Below are positions 1 to 14,639 of a stretch of DNA of 32,000 nucleotides, in pieces; within the stretch, counting starts at the first letter, position 1, and each line of letters opens with the position of its first letter. The translations under genes and the position numbers were made by a program. This DNA is from Methanococcus maripaludis (GTDB lineage Archaea; AGJL01; Methanococci; Methanococcales; Methanococcaceae): contig NZ_CP026606.1 in NCBI RefSeq assembly GCF_002945325.1, positions 1,020,001-1,052,000 on the forward strand, in the 5' to 3' direction. The notes beneath the pieces were generated by a model that saw nothing but the letters and a program-made list of their open reading frames with translations, searched no databases and was not told the DNA's origin.

Positions 1-404
<404 letters not shown>

Positions 405-454
405 CACTTAAAGATACGGGGGCAATAGATGCACTTTTAATTTAAACTTTGATA

Positions 455-564
455 TAACGGTCATAGCGGAGGAGTTACATCCGATCCCATCCCGATCTCG
501 GAAATTAAGCCCTCCTGCGATTCATTAAGTACTGCCATCTGGTGGGAACAATGTGACGCTGTTA
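455..564 (+). rRNA. 5S rRNA (upstream operon)
   Basis: Typical archaeal 5S sequence (cggaggagttacatccgatcccatcccgatctcggaaattaagccctcc...); terminal sequences taacgg...gctgtta can pair; identical copy at 5496-5605. Confidence 0.93.
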
Positions 565-645
565 GTCACTTTTTATTTTAGGCATATTAATTTGTATATT
601 TAGATTAAAGGATATTTTATTGGATTTCCCTTTTTAAATTAATTT

Positions 646-656
646 TTTTTATATAC
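646..656 (+). promoter_or_regulatory. Candidate TATA box for the second rRNA operon
   Basis: 'tttttatatac' within an AT-rich stretch about 200 bp upstream of 16S, between the two operons. Confidence 0.5.
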
Positions 657-752
657 TATCGTTTCAAACCTAAAAACATTACACTATCCATATCACTTGC
701 ATATTATGCAATTGAAGTGAACATCTGATTGAAATACTCAGGTGCGATGTAA

Positions 753-786
753 GCCTACAATCTAGGTGAAACCTAGATAGCAACCA
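753..786 (+). promoter_or_regulatory. 5' half of 16S rRNA processing stem
   Basis: AGCCTACAATCT (753-764) is the perfect reverse complement of AGATTGTAGGCT (2358-2369); CCTAG (773-777) pairs with CTAGG (2346-2350); GCAACC (781-786) pairs with GGTTGC (2338-2343). The arrangement resembles a bulge-helix-bulge processing site. Confidence 0.8.
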
Positions 787-856
787 AATGTCATTTCCTT
801 TAATGTAAAATGACGTACTCCACGAGAGGGTGGCGTAAAATTCTTTTACGCTACTA

Positions 857-2327
<1,471 letters not shown>

Positions 2328-2337
2328 AAAGAACAAT

Positions 2338-2369
2338 GGTTGCTACTAGGCACTAAAAGATTGTAGGCT
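2338..2369 (+). promoter_or_regulatory. 3' half of 16S rRNA processing stem
   Basis: Pairs with 753-786 as described. Confidence 0.8.
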
Positions 2370-2455
2370 ATTAGTTGCTCAGTCCACAATACCGAGTATT
2401 ATGGACCGAGGACCGGATTTTTAGTGAAGGTCGTGCATAAGCCTCCGTATCTGGT

Positions 2456-5660
<3,205 letters not shown>

Positions 5661-5681
5661 AACTATCAAAAAAATTTAAAA

Positions 5682-6500
5682 TTAAAATCTTACAGGAATA
5701 TTATTTTTTTCAACTTCTTTTTTTAAGTCATTAACAGTACATTCTCTATAGTGTAAAATGCTTGCCATTAATGCAGCATCAGCTTTTCCTTCAGTAAATG
5801 CATCGACAACGTGGTTTGCATTTCCACAACCTCCGCTTGCAATTATTGGAAGTTTTGTATTTTCAGAAATTGCTTTCGTCAATACTAAATCGTACCCATC
5901 TTTTGTACCATCTGCATCCATACTAGTTAAAAGAATTTCTCCAGCACCTAAATATTCAACCTTTTTAGCCCATTCTATTGCATCAATACCCGTTCCTTCT
6001 CTTCCACCATAGATATAGACTTCAAACCAGCAGGACCCAAGTTTTGTTTCAAAGATGTTCTTATCCTTCAAATTTGCATCCTGAGAATCTGTTATATACT
6101 TTCTTTTTACATCCATTGCAACAACAACACACTGCGTCCCAAAAATTTCAGAAGCTTCTTTTATCAATTCTGGAGTTTTTACTGCTGATGTATTTATTGA
6201 AATTTTATCAGCGCCAGCTCTCAATATTTTTCTAAAGTCATCAACTGTTTTTATGCCTCCACCAACAGTTAATGGAATGAATACTTGTTCAGCAGTTCTT
6301 TTTACAACGTCAATAATAATGTCTCTTTTTTCAAAAGATGCGGTAATATCCAAAAATACAAGTTCGTCAGCACCCTGCTCGTTGTAAATTTTAGATAGCT
6401 CAACCGGATCTCCTGCATCTCTTAACTCTACAAAATTTGTTCCCTTAACAACTCTACCTTCTTTGATATCAAGGCAGGGAATGATTCTTTTAGTAAGCAT
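5682..6500 (-). CDS. hisF: Imidazole glycerol phosphate synthase subunit HisF
   Basis: [23 protein letters not shown]...[16 protein letters not shown]...PIIASGGCG. The ORF track starts at 6554, but the conserved HisF N-terminus [12 protein letters not shown] begins at 6500. Confidence 0.97.
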   Translation of the reverse strand: MLTKRIIPCLDIKEGRVVKGTNFVELRDAGDPVELSKIYNEQGADELVFLDITASFEKRDIIIDVVKRTAEQVFIPLTVGGGIKTVDDFRKILRAGADKISINTSAVKTPELIKEASEIFGTQCVVVAMDVKRKYITDSQDANLKDKNIFETKLGSCWFEVYIYGGREGTGIDAIEWAKKVEYLGAGEILLTSMDADGTKDGYDLVLTKAISENTKLPIIASGGCGNANHVVDAFTEGKADAALMASILHYRECTVNDLKKEVEKNNIPVRF

Positions 6501-6531
6501 AAATTCACCAAAAAAGTAATAAATTGATTTT

Positions 6532-7320
6532 TTAAAATTCGTCTTCTTCAACATCCTGTCTTTTAGATGTCATATCTTTTAATTCTTTTGCTACTTTTAA
6601 AGCCCTAACTGCGGCAAGGTCTTTTTTGATGTAGACTTCAGCAAGATCTTCTGCTAAATAACTTAATTCCTTACTGAATTTTGATTTCATCTGAACTGCA
6701 GGAACGTTTTCCATCCACTGGTTTTCCACTTTTTTATCGTATGGCAATATTGCAATAATGTCATCAAGTGCTTCGTCGAAATCAACAGTATCTTTGAATT
6801 TGTTTACAATAACACCAATACAATCGATATCTATTGCGTAAAGAAGCTCTTTTGTTTTCATGGTATTTGCAATTCCAGGGATACTGTCTTCTGCAACAAC
6901 AATCATCTTATTTACTACTTTTTCTTCTAAATTCAAAGAAGAAAATAAAAGATTTCCTTCAGTAATGTTTGGAGGAAGGTCTAATAACACGATATCATAG
7001 TTATCATTTAAAACCCTGATTAATTCGAGCATTCTTTTTTGATTAATTTCTGTATTGAATGAATTGGGTGTTGAATCTGCAACAATCACAGAAAGATCGT
7101 CAAACTGATGTATTATATCTGTTAAAGCGCTTGCTCCAGAAAGGTAAGAATTTAACGTATGGGGGCTATCTTCAAATCCAAATAACAGGGCCCCACAACC
7201 AGCGTAAATATCGCAATCCACGTAAACAGTTTTGGTTTTATCACTCAGGTAATACCCAATATTTGCAGCAATGGTCGTTTTTCCAGTTCCGCCTTGTATG
7301 TTGTAAAATCCCAATCTCAT
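6532..7320 (-). CDS. MinD/ParA-like P-loop ATPase with degenerate deviant Walker A (QGGTGKTT)
   Basis: [26 protein letters not shown]...TVYVDCDIY...[10 protein letters not shown]... fold pattern of MinD/ParA family. Confidence 0.85.
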   Translation of the reverse strand: MRLGFYNIQGGTGKTTIAANIGYYLSDKTKTVYVDCDIYAGCGALLFGFEDSPHTLNSYLSGASALTDIIHQFDDLSVIVADSTPNSFNTEINQKRMLELIRVLNDNYDIVLLDLPPNITEGNLLFSSLNLEEKVVNKMIVVAEDSIPGIANTMKTKELLYAIDIDCIGVIVNKFKDTVDFDEALDDIIAILPYDKKVENQWMENVPAVQMKSKFSKELSYLAEDLAEVYIKKDLAAVRALKVAKELKDMTSKRQDVEEDEF

Positions 7321-7331
7321 ACTACCACTTC

Positions 7332-9128
7332 CTAGTTACTAAGTGAAATTGTATCTGGTGCTTTTGCTATAATCAACTTTCCAGTTGCATCGTATAACTC
7401 GGTTGAGGTACCTGTTACACGAGTTATATTTTCTTTATAAATCGTTATTTTTGCGTTTTCGTCTGCATTTACGTATACAGTATCATTTTTAATATATATT
7501 CTGCTGGTTTTATAGTTTTCAGCCCATTTTGCGTATTCTTCAAATGAACAAATCCAAGTATTATTGTCATTCAAATCATATAGTGTATTAGTACTGTATT
7601 CATAAACGTCTGCAACGTAAATTCCGTATTCTTCATTTTGTGGTTCGATGTAGATTTCATCAATAAAATGCATTCCATTTATTTCGTTGTTATTTAATCC
7701 AGGAATTTTAATAACCGCAATTCCGTCGATCTTATCGTATCCGATATAATCAGGAATAACCACGTAGTCGATTCCTTCAAGGTTCAATTTCCAAGTAATA
7801 TTCTTATTGTATTTATTGAATACCGCATCCAATAAATCGTCATCACTCGAGAATAATAAAAGGCCGTTTGCACCACCAGTCATTGCATAAGCGTAATTTT
7901 TAACGTACCAATGTTCAAAGTATTCGTATCTATCGTTAAAGTCTATTTCTTCGCTCATACTTGCAAAATCGCCACTGACTGACCAGTAATCGCGGGTAAC
8001 TGTTTCATCGTCGTTCCAGTAGTCTTCACCATCGTAGTGGTAATAACTGTTTTCAGAACCTGCACCTTCATTCCAGTATCCGAGGCTTTCAGAACCCGTA
8101 TATGAAATTGTATCTGGATAGTATCCTCCGGTTGGGTCATCTTGGAATGTTTCGGGAGCTTTATCCATATATATTAATGGATAATAACTCATTGCAAGTA
8201 AATCTTGAGTATTTGGGTAATTTTCGTAATTATTATATTTTATGTGGGAATAATAATCAGAATAGTGTTTTTTAAACCAATAGCTGTTTAAAAGGCTTTC
8301 TTTTTCATCGTCCGTTATGGAACTGTCTTTTATTATATCAATATTTTCAGAACCTGTTGTAATATAGGTGGTTCCAATTCCAAGAATTTCAGAAGCAGCC
8401 TTAACACCTGCTAGCTTTCTATTAATTGTATCTTCATCCCGCACTTCAACGGTTATTTTTCGATCTGCAACAGAAATTGAACTTTCCCCGTTATCATCAG
8501 GAATAATATTTTGTACAACAATTCCATTAATCACAACAGAATCGTAATTTGAAGGAACTTTATTGATATATGCAAAAGTTTCACCCTGAAGTGCCACATA
8601 TTTTCCAATAAAATCAACAATGTCCTGATTTTCAAGGTCGATATTGTATGGAATAAATAATTTTCCAGGTTTAATTTCGTAGTATCCATCATCAATGATT
8701 TTTGAACTGATTGATGCTTCATATACTATTGTTGTATCTTTTTCAGCCGCATCGTTTGAATTAATGTAAAGGTATGCACCATTTTCGTCTCTGTAAACAT
8801 AACTTGCAGGAATAACTTCCGAATTTGAATTTACAAACGTAGAATTTCCAAAATCTGGAATACTACTAACGATATTTTTTGACTTAACAAGCCCCAGGTA
8901 TTCTAAAAATGCCTCTGTTTTTGGAGTCATTGCAAAATCGTTTCCGGTATATATTACCACAATATTATCCGAATTCAAATAGTAATCAAGCTTTTCTGTA
9001 TCTTGTATGTTTGAAATATCAACATAAGTAATTGGTACTGTCGAAGTCCACTTGTAAGGTATTGCGTTTACGACCCCCAATAACATAAATGACACAATAA
9101 TCAAGCCAAAAAATTTCAGCTTCATCAA
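7332..9128 (-). CDS. Large secreted/surface protein of unknown function (598 aa)
   Basis: N-terminal signal peptide-like MMKLKFFGLIIVSFMLLGVVNA|IPYK; Asn/Tyr/Asp-rich body; no obvious C-terminal transmembrane helix. Confidence 0.75.
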   Translation of the reverse strand: MMKLKFFGLIIVSFMLLGVVNAIPYKWTSTVPITYVDISNIQDTEKLDYYLNSDNIVVIYTGNDFAMTPKTEAFLEYLGLVKSKNIVSSIPDFGNSTFVNSNSEVIPASYVYRDENGAYLYINSNDAAEKDTTIVYEASISSKIIDDGYYEIKPGKLFIPYNIDLENQDIVDFIGKYVALQGETFAYINKVPSNYDSVVINGIVVQNIIPDDNGESSISVADRKITVEVRDEDTINRKLAGVKAASEILGIGTTYITTGSENIDIIKDSSITDDEKESLLNSYWFKKHYSDYYSHIKYNNYENYPNTQDLLAMSYYPLIYMDKAPETFQDDPTGGYYPDTISYTGSESLGYWNEGAGSENSYYHYDGEDYWNDDETVTRDYWSVSGDFASMSEEIDFNDRYEYFEHWYVKNYAYAMTGGANGLLLFSSDDDLLDAVFNKYNKNITWKLNLEGIDYVVIPDYIGYDKIDGIAVIKIPGLNNNEINGMHFIDEIYIEPQNEEYGIYVADVYEYSTNTLYDLNDNNTWICSFEEYAKWAENYKTSRIYIKNDTVYVNADENAKITIYKENITRVTGTSTELYDATGKLIIAKAPDTISLSN

Positions 9129-9319
9129 ATCACCGCAGTATTGTTAATAACAATTACGTATTATGTTTCCCGTTATTAATATAATTTCACTACTCGAACC
9201 TACATAAACAAGTACACAAAAATTATTTTAAAACCCATTTACTAATTTTATCTAAAAATAATAGCTCCCTATACAAATTACTAATAAAAACCGAATAATT
9301 TATTCTTTTTAGGGGTATT

Positions 9320-11974
9320 ATGCAAAAAAAACTAATTTTTGTCCTGATTTTATTATTTACTGTTTCTGTAAATTATGCAGAAGATGATGAAGGAATTTCA
9401 ATTTACAAAATATGGAGTGTCGGGGACAATCCTGACTCTTCTGAAATATACATAGACCCGAGTACGCCTGTAATCTATGTGGGATTAGTAAATAATGATC
9501 CTTACCAAAGAAACGTAAGGGTAACGGCAAGCTATGAAGAAAACGATTTTGAATCAGCAATACTGCCACTTTCACCAAACACCCACTATGAAAAAATCGT
9601 TGAAATCAGGCTTGAATTTGACGAAGTCGGTGAACATGACGTGGATATTAGCTTAATCGATGAAAATGGAAAAGAAGTCGATTCTGAACAAATAACTGTA
9701 AACGTGGTAAGTCCAATAGATGTAAAAAACGTAACCTGTCAGGATAGTTATGTTTCCGATTCAAACAAAAATCTTGAAGTTGTAAACAGCAACTGGTTTA
9801 CTGTAACTCTTGAAAGTAATTATCGAGCGCAGACTGACTACGAAGTTAAAACTTGGATAAGTGTAGTTTCTACAGATTATGATGGCGACACAAACGAAGA
9901 TATTGAAAATGAAGATATCTACTACAATGGAAAAGATGATTTAAAAGTAGTTTATGTGTCCTACCGCTCAGAAAAAGAAGTCTCTTTTAATATTCCAGAA
10001 ATAACTGCGGATAACGATGAATTTAAAATACAGGTTCACACCGAAATCATGGGTCTTCACGATTATACAAATGATCTAGAAGAAACTGAAATGGTAAAAG
10101 ACACTGGAATTATTTCTTACAATTACAAAAAAACTGCCAAAACATACCAATTCCCGATTCATGTGGCAAGTTATTCGCTATTTAACAATATTAATGGAAG
10201 CAATTCTGAAATGGTAAATGATTACTACCAATCTTCAAAAATTTACGATAAAACTATTGAAAACGCTTTAAATGCTAAATTTGAAAGCAAAAACGTTCTT
10301 CCAAGGGCCTATGTTGAAGATGATCCATATCTCTCATTTTTAAAAGTTAATCTTGAAAATAGGTATGACGATGATCAAACTGCTACTGTAATAATTGAAA
10401 GCTCCAGTGGATGCCTATCCAAAAAAACAATCAAAATAGATGAAAATGATGTAGATACATTATATATTCCATTTATTTCAAGATTGGTCGATGACGGGGA
10501 ATTTAACATAATTGTGTATTCAAATAAATATTACCTCTATAATTCTGAAGAAGATGTAGATATTGATCCAGAAATTGTTTCCCCAGTTCAGATTTACAAT
10601 ATTTCTTACCCGGTAGACAGCTCGGCAGCTTTAGCGTCAAGTAATTCGGGATGCGTTTTTGTTGGAAAAAACTATACAATGAATGTAACTTTGAAAAATA
10701 ATTATAACCGGACTTTAACTGGAAAACTTTATGTTGGGGATCACTACGACGAAGATAATAGTTATGAAAGCGGAGTTTTTGAAACAACGGAACCAATAAC
10801 TTTCAAACTTTCACCAAAAGAAAAAAATACGTATTCAATAGATTTAAAATTCAACCGGGAAGTAAATGGATTGATCGAAGTAGTTGTTGACACAAATGGA
10901 GCTGCAGTTGACGAAGATGATGATATTGCAGGATACAGTACAATGGTTCATTTTGATGCGTACAATATCTTGGATATAAGAAAAGTATGGTATAACAACA
11001 CAATTCTTCCAAAAATTGCGACAATAAATGAAAACGGCGGTTTATTCTTAAACTATCCTCTTGCAGGTTTTAATAATTCATGCGCGGTTTCATTCGAAAG
11101 TATGGTTTCAGATGATATAACTTACAAAATGTGGGTCGAAGTTTACGATTCAAATGGAAATTTAAAAGCAACTTCTGATAAAAAGAATGTTTTGGTAAAA
11201 GCAAAAAGTACAAGCGGTAACTTAAAAACTGCAGATTTTGATATATTCTTTGAAGAAGGATTTATTGGATATACTCTCTTTCATGCAGTTCCATTAAATG
11301 ACTTTGAAGATGTAGATATATTTTATACGGAAGGTTCTGGAACAGTTTCAAAGGATATAAATCCTTTAACACCTGTTGGAAGGTATTCAAGTATAGATCT
11401 ATTAAGTTCAATACCAACGAGTACTAACAAAGTTACCGAAGTTGTAGCGCCAATAAAAATAGATGATATGGTATACACTGAAAATAACTTAAATGTGGTT
11501 ATTTCTTCAGGCCTTTCAAGTATCTATCCTGTTAATCTAACGTATTTTTACAGAATTACTATTTCAAACGATAATAAAATTATATATAAAAGTCCAATAT
11601 ATAAGGACATAATTCATTCTACAGAATCAAAACCTCTTAAAATTAAGCTGGGTGATGTTGATGGGGAAACCTACGATATAGTCTTTGAAGTTGAAATTCC
11701 CGATTTTGCAATGGAATCTGGAACATATCATTCAATGATACTTAAAAAATATTTAACCATAGCCAATAATCAAGAAATTATTACACAAGAAGAAAATAGT
11801 GAACCTGAAACTTACGTGGAACCAAAAACCGAGGTAGAAAATACTGGGGAAAATTCAGATTTAGAAAATCAATCCGCTACTGAAGAAGAAAATAGGGGCA
11901 TTATTGGAAATATTTTGGATACGGTAAGTTCCATCGCGTCTAATATTCCCATTATAAGAAACTTTGTATATTAA
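9320..11974 (+). CDS. Large secreted protein with repeated Ig/CARDB-like, S-layer-type domains (884 aa)
   Basis: Signal peptide MQKKLIFVLILLFTVSVNYA|EDDEG; repeated patterns such as 'VYVGLVNNDPYQRNVRVTASY' and 'NYTMNVTLKNNYNRTLTGKLYV' typical of beta-sandwich surface domains. Confidence 0.75.
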   Translation: MQKKLIFVLILLFTVSVNYAEDDEGISIYKIWSVGDNPDSSEIYIDPSTPVIYVGLVNNDPYQRNVRVTASYEENDFESAILPLSPNTHYEKIVEIRLEFDEVGEHDVDISLIDENGKEVDSEQITVNVVSPIDVKNVTCQDSYVSDSNKNLEVVNSNWFTVTLESNYRAQTDYEVKTWISVVSTDYDGDTNEDIENEDIYYNGKDDLKVVYVSYRSEKEVSFNIPEITADNDEFKIQVHTEIMGLHDYTNDLEETEMVKDTGIISYNYKKTAKTYQFPIHVASYSLFNNINGSNSEMVNDYYQSSKIYDKTIENALNAKFESKNVLPRAYVEDDPYLSFLKVNLENRYDDDQTATVIIESSSGCLSKKTIKIDENDVDTLYIPFISRLVDDGEFNIIVYSNKYYLYNSEEDVDIDPEIVSPVQIYNISYPVDSSAALASSNSGCVFVGKNYTMNVTLKNNYNRTLTGKLYVGDHYDEDNSYESGVFETTEPITFKLSPKEKNTYSIDLKFNREVNGLIEVVVDTNGAAVDEDDDIAGYSTMVHFDAYNILDIRKVWYNNTILPKIATINENGGLFLNYPLAGFNNSCAVSFESMVSDDITYKMWVEVYDSNGNLKATSDKKNVLVKAKSTSGNLKTADFDIFFEEGFIGYTLFHAVPLNDFEDVDIFYTEGSGTVSKDINPLTPVGRYSSIDLLSSIPTSTNKVTEVVAPIKIDDMVYTENNLNVVISSGLSSIYPVNLTYFYRITISNDNKIIYKSPIYKDIIHSTESKPLKIKLGDVDGETYDIVFEVEIPDFAMESGTYHSMILKKYLTIANNQEIITQEENSEPETYVEPKTEVENTGENSDLENQSATEEENRGIIGNILDTVSSIASNIPIIRNFVY

Positions 11975-12121
11975 AAAAATTAATACTGGGTATAAAGATT
12001 ATATTGGCTAATAGTATTAATATAATCAACGTTATCAATTAGGGTATTGTTCCTATAATCCCCATATGGCGAATAATATTGGTAAACGTTATGTAATTTT
12101 AATTAATTTTTAACTTTCGAG

Positions 12122-12463
12122 GTGTCTTTTTTGGGATCAGAAGACATGATATTTATAAATCCAACGATAATTAGGTCTCTGAACAAGAGCAAACTAAGAA
12201 AAAAAATTGTTTATTTCTTATATGATATACACCCTCACGGAACTTACCTTTCAGAACTTTCTCGTAGAGTAAAATCTGACCCTAGCAACGTTTTAGGATG
12301 TTTGAAAGGGATGGGAAATCGATATAATGGTAGTTCATCATTGATTGAACTTGGATTAGTCAACTGCGACGGGAAAGAAGGCATGAAGATATATCAAATG
12401 ACAACTTATGGGAAGACCGTAGTAGAATATCTTAAAGACTACGATTCTGCCGATAACTGGTGA
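12122..12463 (+). CDS. earA: HTH transcriptional regulator, EarA (archaellum regulator)-like
   Basis: winged-helix-like SNVLGCLKGMG...LIELGLVNCDGKEGMKIYQMTTYGKTVVEYL; identity as EarA (MMP1718 in S2) rests on recalled gene order. The start is uncertain because GTG 12122 overlaps the RBS-like 'gaggtg'; TTG 12131 or ATG 12146 are alternatives. Confidence 0.65.
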   Translation: MSFLGSEDMIFINPTIIRSLNKSKLRKKIVYFLYDIHPHGTYLSELSRRVKSDPSNVLGCLKGMGNRYNGSSSLIELGLVNCDGKEGMKIYQMTTYGKTVVEYLKDYDSADNW

Positions 12464-12467
12464 AATC

Positions 12468-13550
12468 ATGGCTTTTAATATAGATGGTTCGGGCAATAAA
12501 TCCGGGGTGAGGTCAAATATGCTTTCTGAGAATAATATTTTAAAATATGGTTCAAACTTTAGCAAAGCTAACGCAAGTAGTCTAAATAATAAAATAAATT
12601 CTTTAAATTACACTGTAGAATATATAAATAATGAATTAATGGGAATATTTTTTAGACAGGGTCTTAAATTTGGAATATTCAAAGCTGTTGAAGATTTCAG
12701 GCCGACGATTTCAGAATTAATAACAATTTTAGGATATCCAAATGAAGAATTCGTGGAAAAATACATAAAAACCGCTGTTAGTTTAAATTTACTCAACTTA
12801 AACGAAGAAGAACGATTGGAATTAAATTCTGATTTTATTTATTCCTCGATACACCCGGAATATGATAAAATTATTTCAGATCACGTTTCAAAGTACGATT
12901 TCATGTCAGGTCTGGTCCAGTATGCATTTATTGGCTATGATCACCCAGAAATTCTCTTAAACTTTAAAAAAGATGCAGATATCTGGGATATGATGTTAAA
13001 TACAAAATACATGAAGATTTGCAGGGAAGTGATTTCTGAATACTTGGATATAAAAAATGGAGACACTATTCTTGAAGTTGGTTGCGGTTCACGTTCCCCT
13101 CTTTATTTTGCATCCAAGGTGGCCCCAAATGGCGAATATGTTGGTGTAGATATTTCAAAAAAACTCATAAGGGTTGCAAAAGGGCGATTGAAGAGAAGTG
13201 GAATCGAATGTGCAAAATTGAAAGCACTGGATTTTTCTGAAACAATTGCAAAAAACAAGCACGATTACGTGTTATGCATCCACACACTAAGTTACGCAGA
13301 TTCTTTGAAATTATTCCTCAAAAAAATGACGGGCTCCTTACGAAAAGGAGGTAAACTCGTGATAATGGAGGAATTTTTTACTGAAAATATAAATACTAAT
13401 GCAGAACTCTTTGAATTTTACAATCACCTAAATAAATACTTTAAAAATTACGTCTCCAAAACAGAAATTTTAAAAGAACTCGAGTTAATTGGAATTGATT
13501 ACAAATATGAATTACTTGGAGATAACTGTATCGTAGTCGAAAGGATTTAA
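12468..13550 (+). CDS. SAM-dependent methyltransferase with N-terminal helical domain
   Basis: ILEVGCGSRSPLYFASKVAPNGEYVGVDISKKLIRVAKGRLKRSG (motif I), HDYVLCIHTLSY, LRKGGKLVIMEEFF; starts 4 nt after the upstream stop. Confidence 0.88.
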   Translation: MAFNIDGSGNKSGVRSNMLSENNILKYGSNFSKANASSLNNKINSLNYTVEYINNELMGIFFRQGLKFGIFKAVEDFRPTISELITILGYPNEEFVEKYIKTAVSLNLLNLNEEERLELNSDFIYSSIHPEYDKIISDHVSKYDFMSGLVQYAFIGYDHPEILLNFKKDADIWDMMLNTKYMKICREVISEYLDIKNGDTILEVGCGSRSPLYFASKVAPNGEYVGVDISKKLIRVAKGRLKRSGIECAKLKALDFSETIAKNKHDYVLCIHTLSYADSLKLFLKKMTGSLRKGGKLVIMEEFFTENINTNAELFEFYNHLNKYFKNYVSKTEILKELELIGIDYKYELLGDNCIVVERI

Positions 13551-13603
13551 TAATTAAACTGCCTTATTATTTTTCGTTTATTTTTTTAAAAAAAGGTGGT
13601 TAA

Positions 13604-14629
13604 ATGAAGGTTACGGTATATGGTGCAGGAAACCAAAATCTGTACGTTAACCAGTTAAATTTACCTGGAACCTATGGTGGTGTTCCTCCATACGGTGGAA
13701 GCAGGATGGCTATTGAATTTGCCAAAGCTGGCCACGATGTTATTTTAGCGGAAGTTAACAAATCAAACTTAACTGACGAACAGTGGAAAGTCGTCGAAGA
13801 AGCTGGAGTTAAGGTAGTAACCGATGACGCAGAAGCTGCAAAAGAAGCGGAAATTGCAATATTTTTTACACCATTTGGTAAAAAAACTGTAGAAATTGCT
13901 AAAACTATTTTACCACACCTTCCACAAAACGCAATCATTGCAAATACGTGTACTGTTTCTCCGGTTATTTTATACACAATGTTGGAAGTTGAATTAAGAA
14001 CTAAAAGAAAAGATATCGGTATTACATCAATGCACCCTGCAGCAGTTCCTGGAACTCCTCAGCACGGACATTATGTTATCAGTTCAAAAGCAACAAATGG
14101 AACAGAATACGCTTCAGATGAACAGATTGAAAAATGTGTTAAACTCACTGAAAGCATTGAAAAAACCCCGTACCTCGTTCCAGCAGACGTATCTGCAACA
14201 GTATCGGATATGGGTTCTCTTTTAACTGCAGTTACCCTTGCAGGAGTATTGGATTATTATTCCGTTGGAACAAAAGTAATCAAAGCTCCAAAGAAAATGG
14301 TGGAACAGCAGATTTTAATGACACTGCAGACAATGGCATCACTTGTTGAATCTTCCGGTGTAGATGGTCTTGTAAAAGCATTAAATCCAGAATTGCTCAG
14401 CAAAACCGCATCATCAATGCATTTACTCGATCAACAAAAAGATTTAGATGCAGCACTTGAAATATTGACTCATTTAGACGGGGAATTAGAAAAAGCTTCA
14501 ACAGTTGCTGAAATAAAACCAACGACTCTTGTTGCAGCACAGTCTTTAGTAAAAGAGCTTGAAACATTAATCGGCGGTGCAGCTGCTAACGGAGCTATTA
14601 AAAGAAGTACTAAAAAACTCTTCCAATAA
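13604..14629 (+). CDS. hmdII: HmdII, paralogue of [Fe]-hydrogenase (methylenetetrahydromethanopterin dehydrogenase)
   Basis: MKVTVYGAGNQNLYVNQLNLPGTYGGVPPYGGSRMAIEFAKAGHDV... IIANTCTVSPVILYTMLE, SMHPAAVPGTPQHGHYV; matches recalled HmdII rather than catalytic Hmd. Confidence 0.88.
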   Translation: MKVTVYGAGNQNLYVNQLNLPGTYGGVPPYGGSRMAIEFAKAGHDVILAEVNKSNLTDEQWKVVEEAGVKVVTDDAEAAKEAEIAIFFTPFGKKTVEIAKTILPHLPQNAIIANTCTVSPVILYTMLEVELRTKRKDIGITSMHPAAVPGTPQHGHYVISSKATNGTEYASDEQIEKCVKLTESIEKTPYLVPADVSATVSDMGSLLTAVTLAGVLDYYSVGTKVIKAPKKMVEQQILMTLQTMASLVESSGVDGLVKALNPELLSKTASSMHLLDQQKDLDAALEILTHLDGELEKASTVAEIKPTTLVAAQSLVKELETLIGGAAANGAIKRSTKKLFQ

Positions 14630-14639
14630 TGGGATAATA

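Noticed and set aside
5758-6235. Plus-strand ORFs 5758-6012 and 5978-6235
   Set aside because: Antisense to hisF, overlapping each other, with low-complexity Ser/Pro/Leu-rich translations typical of antisense reading.
5682-6554. hisF/MinD-like 23-nt overlap suggested by ORF track
   Set aside because: The overlap exists only if hisF starts at 6554. The conserved HisF start MLTKRIIPC at 6500 removes it.
7059-8722. ORFs inside the MinD-like and 598-aa genes (7059-7346, 7955-8140, 8531-8722)
   Set aside because: Alternative frames within long, convincing coding genes; compositionally biased.
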